64,000 bases of DNA from a virus. The notes beneath the pieces are model-generated. The model was not told the DNA's origin. It did no database searches and was given only the letters and a program-made list of their open reading frames with translations. This document shows positions 46,148 to 55,299 of this stretch, one piece after another (within the stretch, counting starts at the first letter, position 1; each line of letters opens with the position of its first letter). A program made the translations under genes and the position numbers. The stretch spans positions 105,743 through 169,742 of IMG/VR virus record IMGVR_UViG_3300032272_000002. The stretch is one strand, 5' to 3'.

Positions 46148-47173
46148 TTAGAACCCCGTATCACCAATGGTTGGGATAGTAGAAATAGGTCCAAAAACAT
46201 GCCCAAGCGGTGTCGTCGGGGCGTTAAGATAAACAGAAATATTAAAATCTACTACAGCACGTTCGTATTCCTCATCGGGTGGAACATTTTCCGCCGTAAC
46301 TTCATCAATATAAGCTGTATATCGAACTGGAGCACCAGATCCCACGGTCGTAACCAGGACATTATTTCTAAGCATGTCTTGGTACGGCACGTACTCAGGA
46401 GATAAGGTGTTGAAGATCCCAGATAACGGCAGTGGTGCTCGATTAAAATCAAGCATAGGCACAGCCTTTCGCATTTGGGATGTAAGGATATCTACAATAT
46501 TATCTCGCTCCATGTCATCTACTGCCCAGACATGCAAGCGAAGAGTATCCTTAATGATAAGACTTCGGTTACCCAGTTCGAATGCATCAAACGATCTGTC
46601 AGTAACCTCTAGGAATACCGCTGGGAATGGATACAATAATCCAGACGGGTAGACCAAGTTATTTGAAGTAAGCGGGTTGCTCTTGTATTTGTTCTCGATG
46701 ACACTGGTTTGATACTGCTGATTAAACTGGTGTTCGAAAGTAGTTCTTACTTCTCGTGCTCCGAAGTCCGCATTGACCTGGAGAGTGAGCGGTTGTGGAG
46801 AGTTGAAGATGATTCTACCGTTAGTAAAATCGCGAGTGTGCCCAAACTCAGCATCATCAGGAGTGCGAAAAGCACCCTCAATATATAGGCCAGAGGCAAC
46901 AATAGGAGGGTCAATAACCCGCGTACCATCGATTGGTACATCCGCTTCATAAATCCATTCTCTAAATGGTGACTGCCACACTTGGCCATTGCTAATTCCC
47001 CCGAGGATATCATCAGCGTCAGTGTCTGGTAATAGAACACTCATATCGCTGCCGTCGTAAAACTGAGTGCCACTAGTAATGTTTATAAAGGCACCCTCTC
47101 GGAGCATATGCATGTCCAAGAAGAACTTAAAATTCAGCTTCAGTAGTGCTTTGAGCTTGAAGTCTAGTGCCAT
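46148..47173 (-). CDS. putative tail terminator / neck protein
   Basis: PAVFLE...FELGN...LHVWA.DD.ERDNIVDIL pattern; directly upstream of the tail tube gene. Confidence 0.6.
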   Translation of the reverse strand: MALDFKLKALLKLNFKFFLDMHMLREGAFINITSGTQFYDGSDMSVLLPDTDADDILGGISNGQVWQSPFREWIYEADVPIDGTRVIDPPIVASGLYIEGAFRTPDDAEFGHTRDFTNGRIIFNSPQPLTLQVNADFGAREVRTTFEHQFNQQYQTSVIENKYKSNPLTSNNLVYPSGLLYPFPAVFLEVTDRSFDAFELGNRSLIIKDTLRLHVWAVDDMERDNIVDILTSQMRKAVPMLDFNRAPLPLSGIFNTLSPEYVPYQDMLRNNVLVTTVGSGAPVRYTAYIDEVTAENVPPDEEYERAVVDFNISVYLNAPTTPLGHVFGPISTIPTIGDTGF

Positions 47174-47177
47174 GGTA

Positions 47178-47717
47178 TTATCCTATCGTTCTATCTGTAG
47201 TAGGCTGTCCGGTAGACTTATTGATTTCTGTACCAAATACCATAAGATAACGACGAGTACTAAAGCCAATTGGTCGTGTTTCATCAACACTATATCGTCT
47301 ACCCTCAACTGAAAAGTTTAAGCAAGACTGCACATCGGGGAGTGCTTCAATAACTACAGTGAGTTGAATCTCATTGTCTTTCAGGTCACCAATGCCCTGA
47401 TCGTCGTCAGCACCCTTTGGGCCAACACGAACATGTGCATCATAGTTCACGTCGCGAGGCACGTTACGAGTACCTTTATTCCGTGTATTAGTATTGGGTG
47501 CGGCTACGCCGCCAAAGAATGGATTGTATTGACTAGCCTGAGGCTGACCCTGGGTTGGGGTGTCCTGGACAACCTCAGGCTGTAAGTGAAATGTGACACT
47601 ACGCCCTAGGTCAAGCTGAGCCTCATCCATAAATGAATGATAGATTCCTTCTAGAAAGCCGACATTAATAATGCCGCTCGCTGCACTTAGATCTTGACTG
47701 TTGGGCAGTTGTACCAT
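47178..47717 (-). CDS. putative head closure (stopper) protein
   Basis: Position in the neck cluster; FSVEGRRY...PIGF..RRY C-terminal pattern. Confidence 0.55.
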   Translation of the reverse strand: MVQLPNSQDLSAASGIINVGFLEGIYHSFMDEAQLDLGRSVTFHLQPEVVQDTPTQGQPQASQYNPFFGGVAAPNTNTRNKGTRNVPRDVNYDAHVRVGPKGADDDQGIGDLKDNEIQLTVVIEALPDVQSCLNFSVEGRRYSVDETRPIGFSTRRYLMVFGTEINKSTGQPTTDRTIG

Positions 47718-47718
47718 A

Positions 47719-50055
47719 TTATCCTCCTAGCTCTTGTAGAACAGCCAACAGGTGTGCCCTGCTAGTAAGTCTATCCAAGCCATCGCTTTCTAATTCATTC
47801 AGTAAGTTAGGAGTACCAAGATGTGTTTCCACAACTTTACGCATTGTAGGCTCTATAGGCGTGCCTGCGTATTGCTCCATGCCATACCCTAGTACATTGG
47901 CAACGTGATACGAGTCTTCCGGCACAACGTATTGCTCCGGAGGATGCTGGAAGTGACGATTCCACATTGGCGTTGCAGGAGCAAGCGACCCAAGGGCCAC
48001 GGTGTCCCACCAACCACCACCAGCAGGACCGCTGCCGTCTGGCTGCCATTTCCACAAGAAGATCCAAACACCGATCAAGCCAGTAATGCCCGCTACGCGG
48101 ACGGCACTAGCCCTAACGATATCACGATTTTTAAACACCGAGCCATGCAGGCCACGAATAGCATGCAGCATGAGTTGATGCTCATTAGGACGCTGAGTAG
48201 AATACATACCATTGAACTGGAAAGCTGTAATAGCCTTGCCAGAGAAATGACGGTCCCATACTCCATTATCACCCTGGAGCGTCACAACAAGGTCCGCTAC
48301 CGTATTGAACCAGTCTGTCCAGCGAGAACGCCAGTCGTCATCGGCAATGGCGAATCCGGCACAACATGCATCCACAACGTGTGCTTCTGCACGACCCCAG
48401 CCACCACCAGTATGTGGTCTGCTCAATGCCGTACCCAGCTTAGAATGAAAACGACCACCAGGATTCTCGCCATAAGTCATACGCAACGTTTCACAGTGCA
48501 TAAGAAGGTGACGCTTTGAGGCGTAGTCATTATCGAGCCAGATCATAGTACGCAAATCTTTTGCACGACGAACAAAGTGCTGGTCGTCAATAGGATCATG
48601 AGCACGGGTTCTATTCTCATACGATGGAGTCAAGCTATTACTTTGAACATAATTAACCTGAGTCTGGTCAGACATATCGAAGTCAAATGGCTCATCGTCA
48701 TCTAGATGTTGATTGGGCCAGTTTTGGGCCTGGAACGTAGAATTAAACATACGCCACGGAGGAGTACCGTCTGGATTCAGATAGTCGTCCAACTCAATTG
48801 GCTTGCCACTCAATTCATAGATGTAGCCGCCGCGTTGACGATCACCATAGCGACGAGACAAGGCTCTGTGGAAAAGCAGACCTTCCGGAATACCTGCCGA
48901 GAGAGCCTTGACACCTTCGAACTCATTAATCTCGACGCCGCCTGTCATGCCACCATATGGGACACCAGCAGGGTTACGATAACCAAGTTGACCTTCGCCG
49001 CCACCACCAGATGAATAAGCCTGGCCATTGGCCAGCTCGCTATAGATGGTATTCTTATCACCACGCACTTTCGATTCTAGATTGCTGACATGAGCTAGGC
49101 TGGGCATAACTGCCCGCTGAGCTTGATAGTTAGCTGTGGCTGGATTCTGCCAAGTCCAATATCGCTCACCATTCTCTTCGCCATCACGAGTCACGCCCCA
49201 GCTCTTGTGCTCAGCCAGCTCTTGTGCCTCTTGACTTTTTCCGTCCTTATGAATGTAAAGACGCCAATCACGATTGTCCTTTTGAATCATAAGATGCATA
49301 GTGCCATCGGCATTGGGCTTTACTAGCGGAATGACTTTTTCGCTACCCTCTTCATAAGCAGATCCCATGAGTGGCTCTGGCCATTCGCTGATAGCATTCC
49401 AATTAGCTGGAACTACCAACTCTAATTCCTGAAAATAAATATCAGAAACAGGGCTGGGGACAAGGCCGTTGTGATAACTTAAAGTCAGCTCAAGAACATC
49501 TGTCTCGTCATCACGACCAATAATCACACATTGGAAAGCACCCAAATGCACCATGGCGTTTGTGGGACTACCTTTAGGGATCAGTGGGCGACAAACCTCA
49601 ACAACGTTGCGAACACTTCCAATTCCAAGAATACGAACATCGCCAACCCCAGGGCCGATATGAATACTTTCCTCGTACACGTTTCCGAAAACATCACGGG
49701 CACGCAGTCTCATTTTGTTCTCTGTAAAGATGAGATCCTTTACATCTTGAGAAGGAGATTTCCAAGAACTTACTTGAGACTTTTCAATTACCTTAAACTG
49801 TTGGCGGGAGCCTACGGGCAGTCCATTACGGTCACAGCGGGCCATTAGCTGTGCTACTGCTACAAAACCATCGGGTGTGCGGGTTACAAGATTCCATTGA
49901 GTCGAAAGCTCTGTACCATCTGGGGCTACCAGAGTAAAGGGACATTCGCGACTCTTAGAATCAAACGTATAACCATCAGGCAGGGGAACATTTCCCCTGA
50001 CTTCAAAGACATTAAGGTTAGGAACCTCGCATTCTATAATTGCCTTAGTATTCAT
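47719..50055 (-). CDS. 778-aa putative carbohydrate-active protein (PcRGLX/YetA-like architecture)
   Basis: N-terminal VRGNVPLPDG...L..PDG.EL.TQW.LVTR.PDG; helical aromatic-rich C-terminal half (GWGRAEAH). Confidence 0.5.
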   Translation of the reverse strand: MNTKAIIECEVPNLNVFEVRGNVPLPDGYTFDSKSRECPFTLVAPDGTELSTQWNLVTRTPDGFVAVAQLMARCDRNGLPVGSRQQFKVIEKSQVSSWKSPSQDVKDLIFTENKMRLRARDVFGNVYEESIHIGPGVGDVRILGIGSVRNVVEVCRPLIPKGSPTNAMVHLGAFQCVIIGRDDETDVLELTLSYHNGLVPSPVSDIYFQELELVVPANWNAISEWPEPLMGSAYEEGSEKVIPLVKPNADGTMHLMIQKDNRDWRLYIHKDGKSQEAQELAEHKSWGVTRDGEENGERYWTWQNPATANYQAQRAVMPSLAHVSNLESKVRGDKNTIYSELANGQAYSSGGGGEGQLGYRNPAGVPYGGMTGGVEINEFEGVKALSAGIPEGLLFHRALSRRYGDRQRGGYIYELSGKPIELDDYLNPDGTPPWRMFNSTFQAQNWPNQHLDDDEPFDFDMSDQTQVNYVQSNSLTPSYENRTRAHDPIDDQHFVRRAKDLRTMIWLDNDYASKRHLLMHCETLRMTYGENPGGRFHSKLGTALSRPHTGGGWGRAEAHVVDACCAGFAIADDDWRSRWTDWFNTVADLVVTLQGDNGVWDRHFSGKAITAFQFNGMYSTQRPNEHQLMLHAIRGLHGSVFKNRDIVRASAVRVAGITGLIGVWIFLWKWQPDGSGPAGGGWWDTVALGSLAPATPMWNRHFQHPPEQYVVPEDSYHVANVLGYGMEQYAGTPIEPTMRKVVETHLGTPNLLNELESDGLDRLTSRAHLLAVLQELGG

Positions 50056-50636
50056 TAGTTACTACTCTGAGATTGCATGATGCTCCGCTGATTGATATGC
50101 ACCCTAATAAAACCTGGGGTAGCGATAAGAACTCGATCAGCGGGATTATTCTCCCAAACAATTAGTTTGGAGACCGGATGTACAAACTGACGTGAAAAAC
50201 CTAGCCCGCGATACGTCACCGTATGTGGATCGTTTTTTAATGAGCTAGTAAAATGTCCCACACGGACACCTCCGAATGACGCACTATTTGTAAAGGTGCC
50301 ACTCGGTCCTGCGTATGCAGCATCTCCTGGAGAAGCCGAACCAATCAGATGTACCCAGTCGGTCTCGAAGTCGCCCTCAGTGGCGGCTCCAGCAGTACCA
50401 AATGGAATGTCAGTATTACGAATGCGTTGAGGATGATATTCCCTAGAGAAATTAACATGCTCAATGTCATTCATCTGAACACCTAGGGGTCTACGCCCAC
50501 TAGGGTTTGCTGCATATTCTACAATGGTAATGCCTGAAGCCGAACCAAAAGACAAAATACCGCCTCGCTCCTGAGTCCAGGGGCAGACGTTATCAATATT
50601 CATCTCAAGTTGTTCTCTAATTGGCCGGAGAGACAT
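50055..50636 (-). CDS. capsid cement/decoration protein paralogue
   Basis: Collinear motifs with 52965..53432 (ERGGILS, D.E..NF.R, ATEG.F.TD.V, PGD..Y.G..G); start estimated at 50636. Confidence 0.7.
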   Translation of the reverse strand: MSLRPIREQLEMNIDNVCPWTQERGGILSFGSASGITIVEYAANPSGRRPLGVQMNDIEHVNFSREYHPQRIRNTDIPFGTAGAATEGDFETDWVHLIGSASPGDAAYAGPSGTFTNSASFGGVRVGHFTSSLKNDPHTVTYRGLGFSRQFVHPVSKLIVWENNPADRVLIATPGFIRVHINQRSIMQSQSSN

Positions 50637-50961
50637 TTCGCAATACCATTTTAATGTTTTCAACCTTCCGTTTAGATGGCCACTTACTCTCATAAGTAAT
50701 ATCTAGTGCGGACAGGATCTTATCTAATTTTTCACTTGGAAGATAACGAAGCTCACTGTATCGAAATGCCAACTCGGGGAACGGTCTATTAAACAGCTTA
50801 GTTAAATAACCTTCTCTATAAGTGGCATCTACCAAGACATCTTTATGTGCCTCATATACTTCATACGGTAGATCGATTGGAGCACGATTCCAGTACATGC
50901 CAGGGATACGATATCTGCCTGCATGAATGATGCCGTTGGGGTTTTTGGCGTAGACTAGCAT
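50617..50961 (-). CDS. hypothetical protein with a possible HeH/SAP-like C-terminal helix pair
   Basis: ELRYLPSEKLDKILSALDI......K...VENI. Confidence 0.6.
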   Translation of the reverse strand: MLVYAKNPNGIIHAGRYRIPGMYWNRAPIDLPYEVYEAHKDVLVDATYREGYLTKLFNRPFPELAFRYSELRYLPSEKLDKILSALDITYESKWPSKRKVENIKMVLRNVSPAN

Positions 50962-50962
50962 T

Positions 50963-51826
50963 TTACCAGATAAATTTTCCGTAATTGCCAGTCTGACGAT
51001 TGAGGAACGCCTTGATGGCCGCTTCCAGTTCTTTCTCGCGAGTCTGTACGTCCAGGCGATGCAGCGTGGTACGACTCTGTAGACGGCCAGCCGAGATGTC
51101 GATGGTCACACCATCAGCATTCTTAACCATAATACCGTCGTTCGCCAAAGATGAAGCACCAGCAGCGAATGGACCAGATGCAGCAAAGCGTTTCCACGCT
51201 GAAGTCTCTGACGTGATAATGACATATTCCATCATGAGAATAATCAGATCACAAAGCTCGTCGTTGTTGGGAGTAATAGTACCCGCTTCTACATCTAGGG
51301 TCAGCTCTCCAACTTGAATACGAGGTCCACCGAAGTTACCCGGAATGCCCAGTGGGCGAGAGGTACGAGACAGTCCTAATCTCTGGTTCAGTCTACGAAC
51401 AGATTTAATAAGTACCCTCTTCAGGAAGTCGTCGTCGAATGTGTTGCCATCGGGGTCTCCGATGTCGATTCGCACGGCTTCATAGATTGTACCCGTTTTG
51501 TCAGCGGCAGGAACGAAGCCAATAGAGATGGTGGCATCGTTGACGCAGAATGGCTCTGACGCATTAACTAGGCTGCCACCAGCAGTGATAACGTCCCAGT
51601 CTACCCGCCACGTACCAAGCTGGAAACCAGCCGGGATCACGCCACTCGCTGTGTACGTACCAAGAGCAGGATTAATAGCAATCCCACTAACGGCAGAGGC
51701 TCCAGCGGCGTCGAATAACTCAAACCCCACATACTGTCCACTGACGGCTACACCACCAGCCGATAGAAAAATATCAAGGCTAGTAGCGTCTGCACCTACA
51801 GTTAAAATTTTTGTCTCACCGGCCAT
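50963..51826 (-). CDS. putative head-tail adaptor with N-terminal Ig-like domain
   Basis: First gene after the capsid gene; N-terminal beta domain (GTYTA...GTWRVDW); VRIDIGD...FDDD.L helical adaptor pattern. Confidence 0.65.
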   Translation of the reverse strand: MAGETKILTVGADATSLDIFLSAGGVAVSGQYVGFELFDAAGASAVSGIAINPALGTYTASGVIPAGFQLGTWRVDWDVITAGGSLVNASEPFCVNDATISIGFVPAADKTGTIYEAVRIDIGDPDGNTFDDDFLKRVLIKSVRRLNQRLGLSRTSRPLGIPGNFGGPRIQVGELTLDVEAGTITPNNDELCDLIILMMEYVIITSETSAWKRFAASGPFAAGASSLANDGIMVKNADGVTIDISAGRLQSRTTLHRLDVQTREKELEAAIKAFLNRQTGNYGKFIW

Positions 51827-51850
51827 AGCGGAACCTCCTGTCCTAAAGAG

Positions 51851-51858
51851 TACACTAA
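51851..51858 (-). promoter_or_regulatory. TTAGTGTA candidate late promoter (copy 5)
   Basis: TTAGTG-TACTCT just after the capsid terminator; CAGGAGG Shine-Dalgarno follows. Confidence 0.7.
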
Positions 51859-51859
51859 T

Positions 51860-51896
51860 AAAAAAGGCGGCAGGCCACCAAAGGTGACCTACCGCC
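51860..51896 (-). terminator. Rho-independent terminator after the major capsid gene
   Basis: GGCGGTAGGTCACC-ttt-GGTGGCCTGCCGCC then TTTTTT. Confidence 0.92.
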
Positions 51897-51918
51897 AGTA
51901 CTAGGTTACTGACAAATT

Positions 51919-52950
51919 TTAGAATTCGCCAATAAGGACGCGACGAGGATCAAGGACGGCAAAGCCGTGCTCCATCCAGCCGTAGATACCAGCACGTTGC
52001 TGGCGGTACAGAGCCGGGTCTTCGTAAGTCTCAAGTTCCTTACGGATCGGCATCACGAAGCTGTCCATTGTGGACAGGTCGAGACCGATGCAGAACTCTT
52101 TGAGAGCCACAGACGAAACCGTCTGGTGACTACGACCAAGAGTAGTTTCGAGGAATTCCTCGTACTCTTGACCCTCACCGAACTCAGTCATTTCGTGGAG
52201 AACCACGCCATAGATCTGAGCCAGACCATACTCACGCGACACGAAGATTTCACGACGAGTGAACTCGTCAATTTCGTCTACGTCCCACGCACGGATGTCT
52301 TCCATCGCCTCAAGCGATAGATAAACGTCCGTCAATTTACCAGCGTTGCCGTTACCACCCGCACCACGAGTCATGGCCGTCTTCATGCGAGAGATCAGTT
52401 CTTTGGTGAACTGTCCGCCCGCAGGAGTCGGAGCCAACGAAGACCCGGTGAAGGGAGCACCGCCAAGTGCAGTCACGACAAGACCACGACCGTCAGCGGC
52501 ACCGATGAGGGTACGCCAGCCGTCGCTGTTGATCTTGCGGACAAAGCCAGCTTCATAGACTCGGATCGCACGCATAATAACGTCGAAACGAGCTTCTTCA
52601 GCGTACTTGATCGACCAGTCGATGGAGTTGGCGATGTTGAAGGTCGGAACCCACAACTCGTCACCTTCGACATGACGCTCAGGAACTCTACCCTGCTTGG
52701 GCATTGTGAAAGCGATGAAGTTATCTTCTTCGCCTGGCTTCACAAAGTCTAGCGGGTAGTTGGCTTGGGCTCCAGGTGCAAGCACCTGACGCTCATAAAT
52801 ACCACCAAGGTTATCACGATCAAAAACACCCTCACGCAGTGGCGACTGTAGCTCAGCGGCAAATGCACGCTGGGCGGCCAAACGAGTTCCCTCGTGCGGA
52901 GATGCCGTAGCACGGAGGGCTTCTCTTGCAGCTTCATTATAATGCTTCAT
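51919..52950 (-). CDS. major capsid protein (HK97-fold expected)
   Basis: 343 aa after scaffold and cement genes; G.VPE...EGD...VPTF.IA, YEDP.L.RQ...G.YGW.E.GFAVLD.R; strong Shine-Dalgarno and terminator. Confidence 0.88.
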   Translation of the reverse strand: MKHYNEAAREALRATASPHEGTRLAAQRAFAAELQSPLREGVFDRDNLGGIYERQVLAPGAQANYPLDFVKPGEEDNFIAFTMPKQGRVPERHVEGDELWVPTFNIANSIDWSIKYAEEARFDVIMRAIRVYEAGFVRKINSDGWRTLIGAADGRGLVVTALGGAPFTGSSLAPTPAGGQFTKELISRMKTAMTRGAGGNGNAGKLTDVYLSLEAMEDIRAWDVDEIDEFTRREIFVSREYGLAQIYGVVLHEMTEFGEGQEYEEFLETTLGRSHQTVSSVALKEFCIGLDLSTMDSFVMPIRKELETYEDPALYRQQRAGIYGWMEHGFAVLDPRRVLIGEF

Positions 52951-52964
52951 TAGAATACCTCCTT

Positions 52965-53432
52965 TTAAACGTCTACGCGGATTTTCAAGAATCCGTCGCT
53001 AGACACCGAACTTAAAACACGACCAATAAGTGGGCGGATGCCGAGAATATTGAGGCGACTAACTTGACCGAGGTCGCCCAGATATAGAAGGTCACCGGGA
53101 GCATAAGTACCAACAGAAACGCCGTCTGCCGAAGCAGTTTCAACGAAGTCCGTCCAGAACTCACCTTCCGTAGCAATGCCTACAACGCTGCCCTGAGGAC
53201 TAACGTTACGCTGACGATACTCAGGGTGACGCATGAAGTTTAACGCTTCAACGTCGTCCAAAAGTAGACCAGCGGGCAACGCGATTTGACCAGAGGTCGC
53301 AGTCGCGTCAGCATATGCACATTCACCTTCTACGCCGGGGACGTAGGACAAGATACCGCCACGCTCAGCAACACCCGAAACAGTGCAATCGACGATTGTG
53401 TCGAATACCTGACGTTGTTGTAGTAGACCCAT
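52965..53432 (-). CDS. capsid cement/decoration protein
   Basis: 155 aa between scaffold and capsid genes; PGDLLYLG..G.V...IGRVLS....GFLKI.V pattern. Confidence 0.7.
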   Translation of the reverse strand: MGLLQQRQVFDTIVDCTVSGVAERGGILSYVPGVEGECAYADATATSGQIALPAGLLLDDVEALNFMRHPEYRQRNVSPQGSVVGIATEGEFWTDFVETASADGVSVGTYAPGDLLYLGDLGQVSRLNILGIRPLIGRVLSSVSSDGFLKIRVDV

Positions 53433-53446
53433 ATTAGATCCTCCTT

Positions 53447-55264
53447 TTACTGAACTTCAGAGCCTTCGCTCTGGGTTTCATCTTTTTCCGTATCCGTAAC
53501 AATCGATGCAAGAGATGCAAAGGCTGCACGAACGTCATCAACTTCTTCATCACCAACCTGAGAAGCACCGGCAAGATTAACGTCATTACCTTCAGGCTGT
53601 GCATTATTCAGCTCATCGGTAAGGTCGTCCCCGGCAGCACTTCCGGCCACTTTGTGGCGAAGCAGTACACTTTTTAGACTCGTTGAGCTAAGACCGCTCG
53701 AAACGTCTGCACCACCTGGATGGTTCATCAACATTTCTTCGCCTTCTGCACCCATGCGGGCCTCTAGAAGATTACGGAAGCCTTCACCGGCCTCTGCGTC
53801 CTTCTTATCTTCTTTCTTATCCTTGTCTTTACCTTTCTTCAGGAAGTCAGGCTTCCCAGCGGCTTGGACAAGATCAATTGCTAGAAGTTCTTTCTCTGCC
53901 ATCCAATCTGCAAAGGTTTCGTCGTCATACGACTTGGCCTTCGAGACCAGAGCATCAACGTGATCTTCCGGCAGCACACCGTCAAACAGGGCACGGACCT
54001 GAGCTTCGCGAGCAGCTTCCGCTGCCACGGCCAGTTCGGCTTCCAGTTCATCGGCACGAGATGCCTTGATACGTAGTTCAGCAACGCTAGTACCAATCCA
54101 AGCCAGCTTTGCAGCGAACTTGTCTTCAGCACCATCGATAGCAGAAATTTCAGACGGGGTACTCGAAGTAGCACCGGCTTCAACATTCTCTGCAACGAGT
54201 TCAGTAAGAGCCACATCAAGTGCCTCGAACGACTCATTAAGAGAAGTCAATTCCGCGTCCTTCGTTTCAATCGTCTGCGAAAGCGTAGACACTTCCTGCT
54301 CAAGCTCGGCTGCTTTTTCTTCGGCAGCTCCAGCACGGGCCACAAGGGCCTCTTGCTCGGCTGCTTGAGCCTGGAGTCTCTCACGCTCGTCTAGCAGGTC
54401 AGCGACTTCGGCCTTCGTTAGACCGGAATCACCTTGGTTTGCTTGAGCATTCATTAGGATTTCCTCCTTAGTTTCTAGTTTACTAGCTAATAGTTCAATC
54501 AACTTATTGAGTTGTTCCTCATTATCCTCTGCAATAGTGACAGGACTAAAATCCTGTTCAGTTTTCACATCAGTAATAAAAGAACGCTTATTCGCGGGAC
54601 GATCAACAAGGCCGCAGCCCCCAAACGTAATACTACGTAGAACTCGACCAATCCGCTTTCCCTCATACGAACCACTTCCCCGGTTCACCCGAAGGTGATC
54701 CTCAAGAAAAGCAGTACTCTTATCTCGGCTGACAACCTCGTCGAGGCCGCCGCCAGCGTCACACATGCCGTAGCCGTAGTCGTCAAACCAGGCTTCCATT
54801 GACACAAAAAGGTCGCGGGACTTGGCTCGCGACTCGATTTCTTTAGAACGCTCGGCGTGGATTAAACGCCATACTACAGACTCCGTATATAGATCAAAAT
54901 CGCAATCCGGAGGTGTATCAGAATCAAAGTCTAATACGTTACCTTCCAAATCACGAGCTTGGATGCTATACATTACCCCGACAATATCCTTATCTGTATG
55001 TTGCCAATTGAGTGGCTTCATGACAGGCGTGTGTCGGGCTGCCCAGGCTTCTTCGCGGGTAAAGATATCATCGTTATCATTGATACCCGCCATATTGCCA
55101 GCAGACACGAGACATGATTCCAGATACAATACATCCATCTGCGGCTTGAGCTGGAGTCCGTACCGCTCAGCAGCCGCTGCAACAACCTTAAATTTATCAC
55201 TTCCAGATTCTACCTGGACAGCTTCGGCTGTAATTATTGTCTTAAATTTTTTGTTGGTAGCCAT
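53447..55264 (-). CDS. prohead protease-scaffold fusion
   Basis: N-terminal NDNDDIF...KPLNWQH...VSME...F.G.GLV.RPAN protease domain, then a long acidic coiled coil; start estimated at 55264. Confidence 0.8.
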   Translation of the reverse strand: MATNKKFKTIITAEAVQVESGSDKFKVVAAAAERYGLQLKPQMDVLYLESCLVSAGNMAGINDNDDIFTREEAWAARHTPVMKPLNWQHTDKDIVGVMYSIQARDLEGNVLDFDSDTPPDCDFDLYTESVVWRLIHAERSKEIESRAKSRDLFVSMEAWFDDYGYGMCDAGGGLDEVVSRDKSTAFLEDHLRVNRGSGSYEGKRIGRVLRSITFGGCGLVDRPANKRSFITDVKTEQDFSPVTIAEDNEEQLNKLIELLASKLETKEEILMNAQANQGDSGLTKAEVADLLDERERLQAQAAEQEALVARAGAAEEKAAELEQEVSTLSQTIETKDAELTSLNESFEALDVALTELVAENVEAGATSSTPSEISAIDGAEDKFAAKLAWIGTSVAELRIKASRADELEAELAVAAEAAREAQVRALFDGVLPEDHVDALVSKAKSYDDETFADWMAEKELLAIDLVQAAGKPDFLKKGKDKDKKEDKKDAEAGEGFRNLLEARMGAEGEEMLMNHPGGADVSSGLSSTSLKSVLLRHKVAGSAAGDDLTDELNNAQPEGNDVNLAGASQVGDEEVDDVRAAFASLASIVTDTEKDETQSEGSEVQ

Positions 55265-55299
55265 GTCCGCACCCACTAATAAACTAAAAGCTTCGGTAA

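Noticed and set aside
44645-47717. Contractile tail sheath gene
   Set aside because: No sheath-sized gene with sheath motifs adjoins the tube gene; the 778-aa protein does not resemble one.
55280-55287. One-mismatch late motif variant (TTAGTTTA) before the protease/scaffold gene
   Set aside because: Mismatch in the core and only about 15 nt from the start codon; not counted, although it may be a weak site.
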